DNA of 64,000 bases, taken from contig QCUR01000002.1 of assembly GCA_003208875.1 (NCBI GenBank), forward strand, positions 32,001-96,000, in the 5' to 3' direction. This document shows, piece after piece, positions 51,811 to 63,291 of this stretch (within the stretch, counting starts at the first letter, position 1; every line of letters starts with the position of its first letter). The position numbers and the translations under genes were made by a program. The DNA is from Prochlorococcus sp. AG-679-M23. Lineage in GTDB: Bacteria > Cyanobacteriota > Cyanobacteriia > PCC-6307 > Cyanobiaceae. The notes under the pieces were generated by a model. That model saw nothing but the letters and a program-made list of their open reading frames with translations, did not search any database and was not told the origin of the DNA.

Positions 51811-52842
51811 GTGAGAAAATCTCCTTTTTTGCCAAATAGACCATTAAAAGTCGCTATTTTAGGATCTTCGGGTGCTGTTGGATCTGAACTACTTAAAATT
51901 CTTGAAGAAAGAGATTTTCCTATCTCAGATTTAATTTTGCTATCGTCTGAGCGGTCAGAAGGAAAAATAATAAAATGGAAAGGAGAAGAAATTGTTACTA
52001 AAAAAGCTTCAAAAGAAGAATTTTTGAATGTTGATTTAGTTCTTGCTTCCGCAGGTGGAAGTATTTCAAAAAAATGGTTATCTACAGTTAAAGATCAAAA
52101 TGCTGTTCTAATTGATAATTCAAGTGCATTTAGATTAGAAAATGATGTTCCTCTTGTTGTTCCGGAAGTCAATGCTTGTGATGCTTTAAAGCATAATGGT
52201 GTTATCGCTAATCCGAATTGCACAACTATATTACTGACTTTAGTTTTAGCTCCCTTGAATAAAATTTCTTCGATTAAAAGAGTAATCGTTTCAACTTATC
52301 AATCGGTAAGTGGAGCAGGGCAATTAGCAATGGAAGAATTACAGTTTTTAACTAAGAAATATTTGCAGGGAGATCCAAAAGAAAGTGAAGTCTTACCATA
52401 TTCATTAGCCTTTAATCTTTTTCTACATAATTCACCAATGCTTTCAAATAATTACTGCGAAGAAGAGATGAAAATGACAAATGAAACTCGCAAAATACTA
52501 AATAATACTGATTTAAAACTTTCTTCAACATGCGTTCGAGTTCCAGTTCTTAGAGCCCATTCTGAATCAGTTAATATTGAATTTGATAATGTTATCAAAC
52601 CTTCTTATGCTATTAATCAATTAAAAAAAGCTAAAGGTTTAGAAATAATAGAAGATTATGAAAAAAATAGGTTTCCCATGCCAAATGATGTGATGGGAAA
52701 AGATAATATTGCTGTAGGAAGAATAAGAACTGATATTAGTAATCCCAATGGATTAGAATTGTGGTTATGCGGTGATCAAATAAGGAAAGGAGCAGCACTT
52801 AATGCTGTTCAAATTGCTGAATTATTAATTGAAAACAAATGA
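51811..52842 (+). CDS. asd: Aspartate-semialdehyde dehydrogenase
   Basis: [45 protein letters not shown]. Confidence 0.97.
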   Translation: MRKSPFLPNRPLKVAILGSSGAVGSELLKILEERDFPISDLILLSSERSEGKIIKWKGEEIVTKKASKEEFLNVDLVLASAGGSISKKWLSTVKDQNAVLIDNSSAFRLENDVPLVVPEVNACDALKHNGVIANPNCTTILLTLVLAPLNKISSIKRVIVSTYQSVSGAGQLAMEELQFLTKKYLQGDPKESEVLPYSLAFNLFLHNSPMLSNNYCEEEMKMTNETRKILNNTDLKLSSTCVRVPVLRAHSESVNIEFDNVIKPSYAINQLKKAKGLEIIEDYEKNRFPMPNDVMGKDNIAVGRIRTDISNPNGLELWLCGDQIRKGAALNAVQIAELLIENK

Positions 52843-53747
52843 TTCCCAACAATAATAAATTTTCTAATCCATTATTTGGAAGAATTTTGACAGCTATGGT
52901 TACTCCATTTAAAGGAGATGGTTCAGTTGATTATGAATTAGCTATTAAACTTTCTCATTACCTTTGTGAAAATGGCTCTGATGGAATTGTGCTTTGTGGG
53001 ACTACAGGAGAGTCTCCAACTCTTTCATGGAAAGAACAACATAATTTATTTGTTGCAGTAAAAGGTTCTTTAAAGTCTAATTCTAAAGTCATTGTTGGTA
53101 CAGGCAGCAATTGTACAAGTGAGGCTATAGAAGCTACCCAAAAAGCTTATGAATTTGGTGCAGATGGCGCATTAGTTGTTGTCCCTTATTACAATAAGCC
53201 CCCTCAAGAAGGTCTCTATACTCACTTTAGTTCTATAGCTAATGCAGCTAGTGATTTGCCTTTAATGTTATATAACATTCCTGGAAGAACTGGGTGTAAT
53301 TTATTGCCCACCACTGTAAATAAACTTATGGATTTTCCAAATATTCTCAGTATTAAAGCAGCAAGCGGTAGAATAGAGGAAGTGACAGAGTTAAGGGCAG
53401 CTTGCGGCTCTAAACTTTCCATATATAGTGGCGATGATTCATTATTGCTTCCTATGTTATCTGTTGGTGCTGTTGGTGTAGTAAGTGTTGCGAGCCACAT
53501 AGTTGGTTTGCAGCTTAAAATTATGATTGAATCATTTCAAAAAGGGGAAGTATCTATTGCTCTAGATATTCATGAAAAACTGCAACCACTTTTCAAAGCA
53601 CTCTTTGAAACGACAAATCCAATTCCCATCAAAGCAGCTTTAGAATTAAAAGGGTGGCAAGTTGGGTCTCCTAGGAATCCACTAACGCCTCTTATTAAAG
53701 AAAAGAGAGAAAGCTTACTTCAGATAATTCAAAATCTGTCTTTGTAA
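52839..53747 (+). CDS. dapA: 4-hydroxy-tetrahydrodipicolinate synthase
   Basis: TAMVTPF, GTTGES, PYYNKP, YNIPGRT, YSGDD, NPIPIK. Confidence 0.97.
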   Translation: MIPNNNKFSNPLFGRILTAMVTPFKGDGSVDYELAIKLSHYLCENGSDGIVLCGTTGESPTLSWKEQHNLFVAVKGSLKSNSKVIVGTGSNCTSEAIEATQKAYEFGADGALVVVPYYNKPPQEGLYTHFSSIANAASDLPLMLYNIPGRTGCNLLPTTVNKLMDFPNILSIKAASGRIEEVTELRAACGSKLSIYSGDDSLLLPMLSVGAVGVVSVASHIVGLQLKIMIESFQKGEVSIALDIHEKLQPLFKALFETTNPIPIKAALELKGWQVGSPRNPLTPLIKEKRESLLQIIQNLSL

Positions 53748-53805
53748 ATACTTTTTTTAACGCTTTAATAAAGTTACTTTGACTTAAATAACCACAATTT
53801 TTGCT

Positions 53806-53814
53806 TGTTAAAAT
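53806..53814 (+). promoter_or_regulatory. Possible extended -10 promoter (TG-T-TAAAAT) for rnj
   Basis: TGTTAAAAT lies 9 nt before the rnj ATG; no -35 at canonical spacing; AT-rich background makes a chance match plausible. Confidence 0.3.
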
Positions 53815-53823
53815 ACTTTTATT

Positions 53824-55827
53824 ATGAATTCAAATCAAATCAAATCAAATAATAATCAAACCTTATCTCAAATAAAAAGATCAAATGAACCTGCTTTAAA
53901 AATTATTCCATTAGGGGGTCTTCATGAAATAGGAAAAAACACATGTGTTTTTGAATACGAAGATGACATAATTTTGATAGATGGTGGACTTGCTTTCCCA
54001 AGTGATGGCATGCATGGTGTGAACGTTGTTATGCCTGATACATCCTATTTACAAGCTAACTTAAATAGATTTCGTGGAATGATAGTAACTCATGGTCACG
54101 AAGATCATATTGGTGGAATTTCTCATCACTTAAAGAAATTTAATATTCCTGTGATTTATGGACCACCTTTAGCAATCTCAATGCTTAAAGGAAAAATGGA
54201 AGAAGCTGGAGTGGCTGATAGGACAACAACACAAACTATTCAACCAAGGCAAGTTGTCAGACTTGGCCAGCATTTTTCATTAGAATTTATACGTAATACT
54301 CACTCAATTGGAGATAGTTTTTCTCTAGCTCTAACTACTCCAGTAGGTGTTGTTTTCTTTACTGGAGACTTTAAATTTGATCATCTGCCACCTGATAATA
54401 AACATGCTGATATTGAAAGAATGGCATTTTATGGAGAGAAGGGTGTCCTTTGTTTGCTCTCAGACTCTACAAATTCTGAAGTAAAAGGTTTTGTTCCTTC
54501 AGAAATTTCTGTTTTTCCAAATTTAGATCGAATAATATCTGAAGCCAAAGGTAGAGTAATGCTAACCACTTTTGCAAGTTCAACCCACAGAGTTGCTATG
54601 GTGATCCAATTAGCAATGAAGCATGGACGTAAAATTGGATTGATGGGACGTTCAATGCTAAATGTTGTCGGAAAATGTCGTGAATTAGGTTATATCAAAT
54701 GTCCTGATGATCTCTTTTTCCCGATTAAAAGCATAAGAGATTTACCAGATAGAGAAACCCTACTCTTGATGACAGGTAGTCAAGGAGAGGTAATGGCTGC
54801 ATTAAGTAGGATTGGAAGAGATGAACACCCACACGTTAAACTTAAAACGACTGATACAGTTATTTTTTCTTCCAGCCCAATTCCTGGAAATACAATTTCT
54901 GTTGTTCACAGTATTGATAGATTAATTAAATTGGGAGCTAATGTTATTTATGGTAAAGAACATGGAATACATGTTTCTGGCCACGGATGTAGAGATGATC
55001 AAAGATTGATGCTTGCGTTAATTAAACCAAAGTTTTTTGTTCCCGTACATGGTGAATATAGAATGCAAGTTCTTCATGGTAAAACAGCTGAATCGATGGG
55101 AGTAGATCCTAATAATATACTCATCCTTGATAATGGAGATACTATTGAACTTAGATCTGATTCAATGATTCAAGGAGATCCAGTAAAGTCTGGAATTGAA
55201 ATGTTGGATAACACGAGAACTTGTGTAGTAGATGCAAGAGCATTAAAAGAGAGACAGCAGTTAGCAGATGATGGAATAGTTACTGTTTTAGCTCCTATAA
55301 GTACAGATGGTAATATGGTCGCTCCACCAAGAGTAAGTTTGAGAGGGGTAGTAATATCAGCTGATCCAAGAAAAATGTCAATGTGGACCGAAAGGGAGAT
55401 AAATTGGGTATTGGAAAACCGTTGGAAACAATTATCAAGACAAACAAGTCCCAATAGTTTTGAAGTTGATTGGATTGGGGTCCAAAGAGAGATTGAAAAT
55501 GGTTTAACTAGAAGAATGAGAAGAGAATTACAAGTTGAGCCATTAATATTATGTTTAGCTCAACCTGCACCAAGCGGAACCCGAGCTTATAAACCTCAAA
55601 TAGTTAATGAGCAAAATCAGCATCCAAAAAATAAACATTATCCAAATGTAAATAATCAAAATATAAACCGTAATCAAAATAATTATAAAAATAATCCATC
55701 TACTAAAAATACAAATCAAGCAAAGAATAATCAATCTGTAAAAGACTCAGTTAAGACTCCAGCAGCTAAGATAGAAGAGACACCTGTAGGTAGGACTAGA
55801 CGAAGGAGATCTGCAGTATCATCCTAG
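53824..55827 (+). CDS. rnj: Ribonuclease J
   Basis: PLGGLHEIGKN, THGHEDHIG, TGDFK, DSTN, TGSQGE, HVSGH, PVHGE. Confidence 0.95.
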   Translation: MNSNQIKSNNNQTLSQIKRSNEPALKIIPLGGLHEIGKNTCVFEYEDDIILIDGGLAFPSDGMHGVNVVMPDTSYLQANLNRFRGMIVTHGHEDHIGGISHHLKKFNIPVIYGPPLAISMLKGKMEEAGVADRTTTQTIQPRQVVRLGQHFSLEFIRNTHSIGDSFSLALTTPVGVVFFTGDFKFDHLPPDNKHADIERMAFYGEKGVLCLLSDSTNSEVKGFVPSEISVFPNLDRIISEAKGRVMLTTFASSTHRVAMVIQLAMKHGRKIGLMGRSMLNVVGKCRELGYIKCPDDLFFPIKSIRDLPDRETLLLMTGSQGEVMAALSRIGRDEHPHVKLKTTDTVIFSSSPIPGNTISVVHSIDRLIKLGANVIYGKEHGIHVSGHGCRDDQRLMLALIKPKFFVPVHGEYRMQVLHGKTAESMGVDPNNILILDNGDTIELRSDSMIQGDPVKSGIEMLDNTRTCVVDARALKERQQLADDGIVTVLAPISTDGNMVAPPRVSLRGVVISADPRKMSMWTEREINWVLENRWKQLSRQTSPNSFEVDWIGVQREIENGLTRRMRRELQVEPLILCLAQPAPSGTRAYKPQIVNEQNQHPKNKHYPNVNNQNINRNQNNYKNNPSTKNTNQAKNNQSVKDSVKTPAAKIEETPVGRTRRRRSAVSS

Positions 55828-56834
55828 TTTTTTTCTAGATTTATATAGTCCTTATTCCATATAATCTGTAGTCCATCTGGTAAATTTATCTGGCCTCTAT
55901 CTTTCTCAAAAATTGAAGAGGCTAAATTAGTTATATTTTTTGAGCTTAATTGTTTTCTACAATCCTTTTTTAGAAAAGTATTTAAGATAGTACATCTTGC
56001 TTCAATACATAAGCTATTTAATAATTCCCTCTTTATACCATTTGCATCTTCACAAGAAAGGTAAGCAAGCTTACTGAGGTCATTTTGTTCATTTTTATAA
56101 TTGCTCATTTTTTCTGCAAAATTATTTATCCTCATAGAACAACCAGGATACATATCTTCTAAAATAGGAATAATTTTTTTTCTGACTAAATTCCTTTTAA
56201 TTGTTAGATCATAGTTAGTCGGATCTTCCCAAATAGGAATGTTTTGAAGCTGGCAAAATTTCTTAGTATCTTCTCTGCTGAATATTAATAATGGTCTTAT
56301 TAAAAAAATGTGATGTTCAAGTAATCTTTTTTTGTCGATATAGCTTAGTCCTGCATAATTGCTTCCTCTAGCTAAATTTAATAAAAATGTTTCTGCATTA
56401 TCTGTGTTCGTATGACCCGTTAATAAGTAAATATCCATTTCTTTTTGATTCCCAATAAATAACTGATTTGCTCTTTCACTTAATTTCTTGTATCTCCAAT
56501 CTCGTGCTTTTTCTTCAGAAGAAATAGTTTTTTTATTAGCTCGATCAAAAAAAAACGAAATATTTTTTTTATTACAGTAACTTTTCAACTCAATTGCATA
56601 TTCTTCAGATTGTTCATGCCATTGATGATCTCCATGCCAAACATTCAAAACCCAATTATGGTGCATTTTCATATCGTTGATTAGGTTCAATAAAGCCATC
56701 GAATCTTGTCCTCCGGAGACTGCTAATAATAGATTTGCTCCATCCGGAATTAATTTTTTATTGCCTAAAATTTCTTTGTGCAGGATGTGGTGCCAAGATG
56801 TCCAATTTTTTTGCGATGAATTTTTATTAGACAT
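55824..56834 (-). CDS. tilS: tRNA(Ile)-lysidine synthase
   Basis: AVSGGQDS, EEKARDWRY, GH..TDNAET, RPLL, WEDPTN, RN.VR. Confidence 0.93.
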   Translation of the reverse strand: MSNKNSSQKNWTSWHHILHKEILGNKKLIPDGANLLLAVSGGQDSMALLNLINDMKMHHNWVLNVWHGDHQWHEQSEEYAIELKSYCNKKNISFFFDRANKKTISSEEKARDWRYKKLSERANQLFIGNQKEMDIYLLTGHTNTDNAETFLLNLARGSNYAGLSYIDKKRLLEHHIFLIRPLLIFSREDTKKFCQLQNIPIWEDPTNYDLTIKRNLVRKKIIPILEDMYPGCSMRINNFAEKMSNYKNEQNDLSKLAYLSCEDANGIKRELLNSLCIEARCTILNTFLKKDCRKQLSSKNITNLASSIFEKDRGQINLPDGLQIIWNKDYINLEKN

Positions 56835-56919
56835 ATTGTTTAACTCAGATAATATTTTTAAAAAAATTCACTGTTTTAATAAAACAATGTCACAATCAGG
56901 TAATAAATTCATCAAGTCT

Positions 56920-57696
56920 ATGAGTCTGATTAATCTTTTGCCACAAAAAATTCAAGAAGAGCTTAGCAGTAAATCTTTACTCAAAGTTATTTCAGGATTA
57001 AGTAATTTTGAGATCCAATCTGTTAAGAAAATTTCAGAAGCAGCTTCTATTGGGGGAGCTGATTTAATTGATATAGCTTGTAAACCAGAATTAGTTGAAT
57101 CTGCGATAAAGATATCATCATTACCAATTTGCGTAAGTTCTGTAGAGCCTAAATTATTTATAAATTCAGTAAAGGCGGGAGCTTCTTTAATAGAAATAGG
57201 CAACTACGATACTTTTTATGACGAAGGTATTACTTTCTCGGAGGAGAAGATTTTAAATCTTACAAAAGAAACTAAAGATTTTTTACCTAATATTCCTTTA
57301 TCAGTGACAGTTCCTCATACTTTGCCTATTGATAAGCAAGTTGATCTTGCAATAAAATTAGTTTTTGAAGGTGCTGATATTATTCAAACTGAAGGAGGGA
57401 AAAATGCCAAACCATATAGTTCAGGAATTCAAGGATTGTTAGAAAAGTCAGTTCCTACACTGGCCTCTACTTATGCAATATTTAAAGAATTTGAGAAACA
57501 GTCTATTAATATTCCAATTATGAGTGCTTCAGGCTTAAGCGAGGTGACATGTCCTTTGGCAGTATCATGTGGAGCTTCCGCAGTTGGAGTTGGCTCTGTA
57601 GTTAATAAATTAGATGATTTAATATCCATGATAGCTGTTGTTAGAGGCCTAAAAGAATCTTTGAGAAATTCAATGATTAAGGAAAAAGTTTCCTAA
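56920..57696 (+). CDS. ycf23: Ycf23/DUF561 family protein
   Basis: LKVISGLSNF, GGADLIDIA, LPICVS, IEIGNYD, IIQTEGG, SASGL. Start set at ATG 56920 to avoid a 158-bp overlap with tilS. Confidence 0.8.
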   Translation: MSLINLLPQKIQEELSSKSLLKVISGLSNFEIQSVKKISEAASIGGADLIDIACKPELVESAIKISSLPICVSSVEPKLFINSVKAGASLIEIGNYDTFYDEGITFSEEKILNLTKETKDFLPNIPLSVTVPHTLPIDKQVDLAIKLVFEGADIIQTEGGKNAKPYSSGIQGLLEKSVPTLASTYAIFKEFEKQSINIPIMSASGLSEVTCPLAVSCGASAVGVGSVVNKLDDLISMIAVVRGLKESLRNSMIKEKVS

Positions 57697-57724
57697 TATA
57701 AATTAATATCAAGCTATTAGCTGA

Positions 57725-59764
57725 ATGAATAACTATAAGCTTCAAGCACCCTACGAACCAAATGGTGATCAACCTAAAGCCATTCAAAAGTTAGTGCGAG
57801 GAGTTAATAGTGGTAAAGAGTTTCAGACTCTTTTGGGGGCAACTGGAACTGGAAAAACTTTCACTATTGCTAATGTCATCGAGCAAACTGGAAGACCAGC
57901 ACTTATTCTCGCTCATAATAAAACTTTAGCAGCTCAATTATGCAATGAATTAAGGCAATTTTTTCCTAAAAATGCAGTTGAATACTTTATTTCCTACTAT
58001 GATTATTATCAGCCTGAAGCTTATGTACCAGTAAGTGATACATATATAGCAAAAACCGCTTCAATTAATGAAGAAATTGATATGCTTAGGCATTCGGCTA
58101 CTAGATCTTTATTTGAGAGGAAAGATGTAATTGTTGTTGCATCAATTAGTTGCATTTATGGTCTAGGAATACCAAGTGAATATTTAAAAGCTGCTGTTAA
58201 ATTTGTTGTTGGTAAATCTATAAATTTACGTTCTTCTTTAAGAGCACTTGTGGATAATCAATATACAAGAAATGATGTAGAAATTACTAGAGGAAGATTT
58301 AGAATTAAGGGAGATGTATTAGAAATTGGTCCAGCTTATGAAGATAGATTGATAAGAATTGAATTGTTTGGAGATGAGATTGAGGCTATTAGATTTGTTG
58401 ATCCATTAACTGGAGAGATTCTTGAGAGTCTCGATCAAGTAAGTGTTTACCCAGCCAAGCATTTTGTCACTCCAAAAGAGAGACTAGAAGCTGCAATTAG
58501 TGCTATTAGAAGTGAATTAAAAGAACAACTCGATAAATTTGCATATGAAGGAAAGTTGTTGGAGGCTCAGCGTTTAGAACAACGCACAAAATATGATTTG
58601 GAAATGCTTAGAGAAGTTGGATATTGTAATGGCGTTGAAAATTATGCACGTCATTTAGCTGGTAGAGAAGAAGGAACTCCACCGGAATGTTTAATAGATT
58701 ATTTCCCAAAAGATTGGTTATTAGTAGTCGATGAAAGTCACGTAACATGTCCGCAATTACATGCAATGTATAACGGAGACCAAGCTAGAAAAAAGGTATT
58801 AATAGATCATGGTTTTAGGTTGCCGAGCGCTGCAGATAATAGACCTTTAAAGTGTGAAGAATTTTGGGAAAAATCCCGACAGACATTGTTTATTAGTGCC
58901 ACGCCTGGCCAATGGGAGTTGGATCAATGCGAAGGTAAGTTTATTGAACAAGTTATAAGACCGACAGGAGTTTTAGATCCTATCATTGATGTAAGGCCTA
59001 GTGATGGACAAATTGATGATCTTTTATCAGAAATAAGAGTTAGAGCTAAAAAGAATCAAAGAGTACTTGTTACTACTCTTACAAAAAGGATGGCAGAAGA
59101 CCTTACAGATTTTTTATCGGATAATAAAGTTAGAGTGAGATATTTGCATTCTGAAATTCATTCGATTGAAAGGATAGAGATTATTCAAGATCTTAGATTG
59201 GGCGAATATGATGTACTAGTGGGAGTCAATTTGCTAAGGGAAGGACTTGATTTGCCTGAGGTTTCTTTAGTGGCTATTTTAGATGCAGATAAAGAAGGTT
59301 TTTTGAGAGCAGAGCGATCGTTAATTCAAACTATTGGAAGAGCGGCAAGACATATTGAAGGAGTTGCTTTGCTTTATGCAGACAACTTTACCGAATCAAT
59401 GAAAAAAGCGATATCTGAAACTGATAGAAGAAGAACTATCCAAAAAAAATATAATCAGATCAATGGTATTACTCCAAAACCTGCAGGTAAGAAAATAGAA
59501 AATTCAATATTATCTTTTTTAGAGCTTTCTAGAAAATTAGATGCAGGAGGATTCTCTAAAGATATGATAAATATTGTAAGTAATAAAACAGATGAAATTT
59601 TAAATGCTAAAGATAATCAATGTCTATTGGATGAAATGCCAAGTTTAATTGATAAGTTAGAAAATAAAATGAAAGATGCAGCAAAAGAATTAAATTTTGA
59701 AGAGGCAGCAAATCTTAGAGATAGAATTAAGAAACTCAGGCAAAAATTATCTAGAAATAGTTAA
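57725..59764 (+). CDS. uvrB: Excinuclease ABC subunit B
   Basis: [48 protein letters not shown]. Confidence 0.98.
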   Translation: MNNYKLQAPYEPNGDQPKAIQKLVRGVNSGKEFQTLLGATGTGKTFTIANVIEQTGRPALILAHNKTLAAQLCNELRQFFPKNAVEYFISYYDYYQPEAYVPVSDTYIAKTASINEEIDMLRHSATRSLFERKDVIVVASISCIYGLGIPSEYLKAAVKFVVGKSINLRSSLRALVDNQYTRNDVEITRGRFRIKGDVLEIGPAYEDRLIRIELFGDEIEAIRFVDPLTGEILESLDQVSVYPAKHFVTPKERLEAAISAIRSELKEQLDKFAYEGKLLEAQRLEQRTKYDLEMLREVGYCNGVENYARHLAGREEGTPPECLIDYFPKDWLLVVDESHVTCPQLHAMYNGDQARKKVLIDHGFRLPSAADNRPLKCEEFWEKSRQTLFISATPGQWELDQCEGKFIEQVIRPTGVLDPIIDVRPSDGQIDDLLSEIRVRAKKNQRVLVTTLTKRMAEDLTDFLSDNKVRVRYLHSEIHSIERIEIIQDLRLGEYDVLVGVNLLREGLDLPEVSLVAILDADKEGFLRAERSLIQTIGRAARHIEGVALLYADNFTESMKKAISETDRRRTIQKKYNQINGITPKPAGKKIENSILSFLELSRKLDAGGFSKDMINIVSNKTDEILNAKDNQCLLDEMPSLIDKLENKMKDAAKELNFEEAANLRDRIKKLRQKLSRNS

Positions 59765-59773
59765 TTAAATTAT

Positions 59774-61534
59774 TTATTTATCTAATTGGAAATAAGAATG
59801 AATGGCATTTACTGCTTGGTCGCAGTCTTTTTCTAAAACAATACAAGAAGTTCTTATTTCACTTGTAGCAATCATTTCAATATTAATATTTTTATTAGCA
59901 AGTGCTCTAAATATTTTCCCAGCTGTTCCAACTTTATATGCCATTCCAGCTCCAACTGTGCTTACTTTAGCTATTGCTGGTCCATCTTCGATAAATGATC
60001 CTTGTAATTTTTTTGTTAAAGAGTGGAAAATTGTATTAGATCTTTCTCTATCTTGTTTGTTCATGGTAAAACTAATGTCTTTGGTTTTGAATGATGTGAG
60101 CCTTTCAGATTGAACAATAGTATCAAAAATTAAATTATTCTCCGCGAGAGCTAAACATATTGAAGCTGCCACACCAGGTTTGTCAGGTAGGTTACGAATG
60201 CTAACTTGAACTTGATTTTTATCTAATGCAATTCCTCTTACCTCAGGCAGATCCTCTCTCGCAATTACTGGATTAATAAATATTTGTTTATCAGATAATT
60301 TAAATTTTTCACCGACAAATCTAATAGCTTTTGGCATATTGTCAATATCAATTACGCAGCTGACTTTGATTTCGCTGGTAGCTATCAATCTTATATTTAT
60401 GTTTGCATTAGATAAAGTATCAAATAAATCAGCCGATACACTTGGTCTCCCCATTATTCCAGCTCCTTGAATACTTAACTTTGTCATATTTGTTTTGAAA
60501 TTATATTCGCCACCTAATTGATTTGTTATCAATTTACATTGATCAATTGTTTTTGTTAAGTCAGACTCATTAACTGTAAATGCAATATCATTACTTTTCC
60601 CATCATGTGTAGCTTGGATTATTAAATCAACATTAATTCTCGCTTCAGACAATGTTTCAAATATTTGAGCTGCAATTCCAGGGCTATCAGGTAGGTTGGA
60701 AATACTAAATACGGTTTGGTGTTCTAATACTTCAAGACTATTAACAGTTTTTGTTAATTCTAATCCTCCTCTTTTTAGAGCTAATGGTTTTATTTTGCTA
60801 TGTAGAAGAGTGCCATTTGAGAGGGTTTGACTCGATTTAACATATAATTTAATTCCATAATTGCGAGCAATTTCTACAGCTCTTGGATGAAGTACTGAAG
60901 CCCCAACGCTTGCAAGTTCTAGCATCTCTTCACAACTAATAATATCTAATAATTTTGCATTAGGTACAATTCTTGGATCAGTGGTAAGAACCCCAGGAAC
61001 ATCAGTATATATCTCGCATGTCTCTGCACCTAATGCTGTGGAGAGTGCTACTGCTGAAGTATCCGACCCCCCTCTTCCCAAAGTTGTTATTTCCATTGAT
61101 CCAGTATGACTTAGTGTGGAGCCTTGAAACCCAGCAACTACTACTACATAACCTTGATCTATATAGTTTTGTATTCTTTCTGTTTTGATATCTAGAATTC
61201 TTGCTTTCCCATGAATTGATTCAGTAACAATTCCAACTTGGCTACCTGTCAAAGATATTGCAGGAATTCCATATTCATTTAATGACATTGATAGAAGTGC
61301 CATAGTTACTTGCTCACCTGTAGAGAGGAGCATATCTAATTCTCGGCTATTGGGATTTTTGCTAATTGATTCTGCTAACTTATTTAAGTGATCTGTAGAA
61401 TTACCCATTGCAGATACAACTACGACGATATCATTTCCAGCTTCTTTACTTTGAACAATATTTTGGGCAATCATTTTAATTTTTTCAATATCTTCAACAG
61501 AAGTGCCGCCAAATTTTTTGATTAATAAAGCCAT
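59774..61534 (-). CDS. lysC: Aspartate kinase (cyanobacterial four-ACT type)
   Basis: KFGGTSV, VVVSAMG, LGRGGSDTSA, TDVPG; duplicated pairs of ACT domains. Confidence 0.96.
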   Translation of the reverse strand: MALLIKKFGGTSVEDIEKIKMIAQNIVQSKEAGNDIVVVVSAMGNSTDHLNKLAESISKNPNSRELDMLLSTGEQVTMALLSMSLNEYGIPAISLTGSQVGIVTESIHGKARILDIKTERIQNYIDQGYVVVVAGFQGSTLSHTGSMEITTLGRGGSDTSAVALSTALGAETCEIYTDVPGVLTTDPRIVPNAKLLDIISCEEMLELASVGASVLHPRAVEIARNYGIKLYVKSSQTLSNGTLLHSKIKPLALKRGGLELTKTVNSLEVLEHQTVFSISNLPDSPGIAAQIFETLSEARINVDLIIQATHDGKSNDIAFTVNESDLTKTIDQCKLITNQLGGEYNFKTNMTKLSIQGAGIMGRPSVSADLFDTLSNANINIRLIATSEIKVSCVIDIDNMPKAIRFVGEKFKLSDKQIFINPVIAREDLPEVRGIALDKNQVQVSIRNLPDKPGVAASICLALAENNLIFDTIVQSERLTSFKTKDISFTMNKQDRERSNTIFHSLTKKLQGSFIEDGPAIAKVSTVGAGMAYKVGTAGKIFRALANKNINIEMIATSEIRTSCIVLEKDCDQAVNAIHSYFQLDK

Positions 61535-61573
61535 ATTTAAATCATAATATAAATTATCAAACTTAATATTTGA

Positions 61574-62575
61574 TTAACTTAAGTTAACGAGATTTTCGGT
61601 AAAAACATTAATAGGATTATTGCCTTTTTTTAGTGATGATTCAATATCTAGTAAATTACTCATCAATTTAATTAAGAAAGCTGAGGATGTATTGTTTACT
61701 TTTTTACGGATAAAAAAAATTCTTTTTGGGTTAGATATATTTGCAAGTTTGCATATTTTTGATAAATCTTGCTCACCAGATTTATGAAGTAATTTTACTA
61801 TTGTATGCATTCTGATTTGACTTATTAATCCCGCATTGAGCCTTAAAGCAGGTTCTCCTTTTTTTAATAAATAATGGATTTCTATAAGACCCTCATAAAT
61901 ACTATTTTGTAAAAGATTATCGATTATTTTAAAAATATTTGACTGATGATCTTTAAATATTTCTTTTACATCATCACTTTTTAAAATAAGTACTTTGTTT
62001 TCATGACTATTCGATGCAGATAGATATATCTTTGCTTTAGCTAATTCGCTCATTAAGTTAAAACTATCATTTCCAACTGAATTAATAATTAAATCAGCGG
62101 TCCCTTTATCTAGATGAATATTCATCGAATTTGCAGTGGCTTCTATGTATCTTTTCTGGCCTTCAAAATCCCATATATCGGGAAATGAAAAAGAGGTTTC
62201 AATTACTAAATCTTTTTTTATTAAATTTCGAATAAATTTTGTACTCTTTAGTCTTGAATCTGGTTGTTTTGTATTTTGTAAAAGAAAGTAAGTGTTACTT
62301 GGAATGTTTTGATGAATTTTTTCAAATTTGAGTCTTAATTCCTCATTTTTATTTGTGAATAATGGGTTATTTTTTAATACAACAACTCGAGATCCATCCC
62401 CTAAAGGAGGTGTTAGTACCTCGTCAAATGCTTGTTTTATTTGATTATCATCATCACCATTTAAGTAACTTATATTTATTTCCCCCCATGTTTTGGATAC
62501 TTTTTCATCAATTATTTTTTTTATAAACTTGTTACTTGCATTTAAATCATTTCCCCATATTAATTGTATTGGCAT
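61574..62575 (-). CDS. holA: DNA polymerase III subunit delta
   Basis: IQLIWGND, TPPLGDGSRVV, ELAK, GEPALR, NPKR pattern of cyanobacterial HolA. Confidence 0.82.
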   Translation of the reverse strand: MPIQLIWGNDLNASNKFIKKIIDEKVSKTWGEINISYLNGDDDNQIKQAFDEVLTPPLGDGSRVVVLKNNPLFTNKNEELRLKFEKIHQNIPSNTYFLLQNTKQPDSRLKSTKFIRNLIKKDLVIETSFSFPDIWDFEGQKRYIEATANSMNIHLDKGTADLIINSVGNDSFNLMSELAKAKIYLSASNSHENKVLILKSDDVKEIFKDHQSNIFKIIDNLLQNSIYEGLIEIHYLLKKGEPALRLNAGLISQIRMHTIVKLLHKSGEQDLSKICKLANISNPKRIFFIRKKVNNTSSAFLIKLMSNLLDIESSLKKGNNPINVFTENLVNLS

Positions 62576-62637
62576 ATTTGCAAAAAAGAATCTTATTATA
62601 ATTATGCTTTCTTTAAGATAAAATAAATTAAATTTTA

Positions 62638-63261
62638 ATGATAAAAGATCATCCTATTTTTTTAGAAAGTATTAGGTTTATTAAATCTAATTTGATTGAA
62701 AATAATTTTAATTACTTGGAAAGTAAAGTTTTAGAGAGATTAGTGCATACTTCAGGTGATTTTAATATTCAGAAACTTTTGGAGTTTAGTCAAGGGGCGT
62801 GTGAAAAAGCTGTTAAATCTCTTAAAGCTGGAGCACCAATATTAACTGATACTGATATGGCTGCAGCAGCTATTAAATCAATGGCAAAAAATACAAACGG
62901 AAACTCAGTTGTTTCGGCAAAACATTGGTTTGATGATAGAGATTTATCAGGCTTTACAAAAACTGCTTATGGGATTGAAAAAGGTTGGATTGAATTATCT
63001 GCTAAAAATTTAGGATGTCAATCGCCAATTATTGTTATTGGAAGTTCTCCAACTGCATTAGTCAATTTATTAGAGATATTACAGAATTCACAACAGATTC
63101 CTAGTTTAATTATTGGCATGCCTGTAGGGTTTATTGGTGTTAGGGAAAGTAAAAAAAAATTGCTCAACACTAATTATCCTAGAATTGTTATGAACTCTAC
63201 GAGAGGAGGGGCCGCAATGGCCGCAGCAGCTGTTAATGCATTATTAAGAGAAACTATTTAA
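62638..63261 (+). CDS. cobH: Precorrin-8X methylmutase
   Basis: RLVHTSGDF, IGSSPTAL, GMPVGFIG, RGGAAMAAAAVNA. Confidence 0.93.
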   Translation: MIKDHPIFLESIRFIKSNLIENNFNYLESKVLERLVHTSGDFNIQKLLEFSQGACEKAVKSLKAGAPILTDTDMAAAAIKSMAKNTNGNSVVSAKHWFDDRDLSGFTKTAYGIEKGWIELSAKNLGCQSPIIVIGSSPTALVNLLEILQNSQQIPSLIIGMPVGFIGVRESKKKLLNTNYPRIVMNSTRGGAAMAAAAVNALLRETI

Positions 63262-63291
63262 AATAAATTTTATAAAATACATTTAAAAATT

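Noticed and set aside
56677..56919. Long ycf23 N-terminal extension overlapping tilS head-to-head
   Set aside because: The extension is mostly the antisense reading of tilS; family-like sequence begins near the ATG at 56920.
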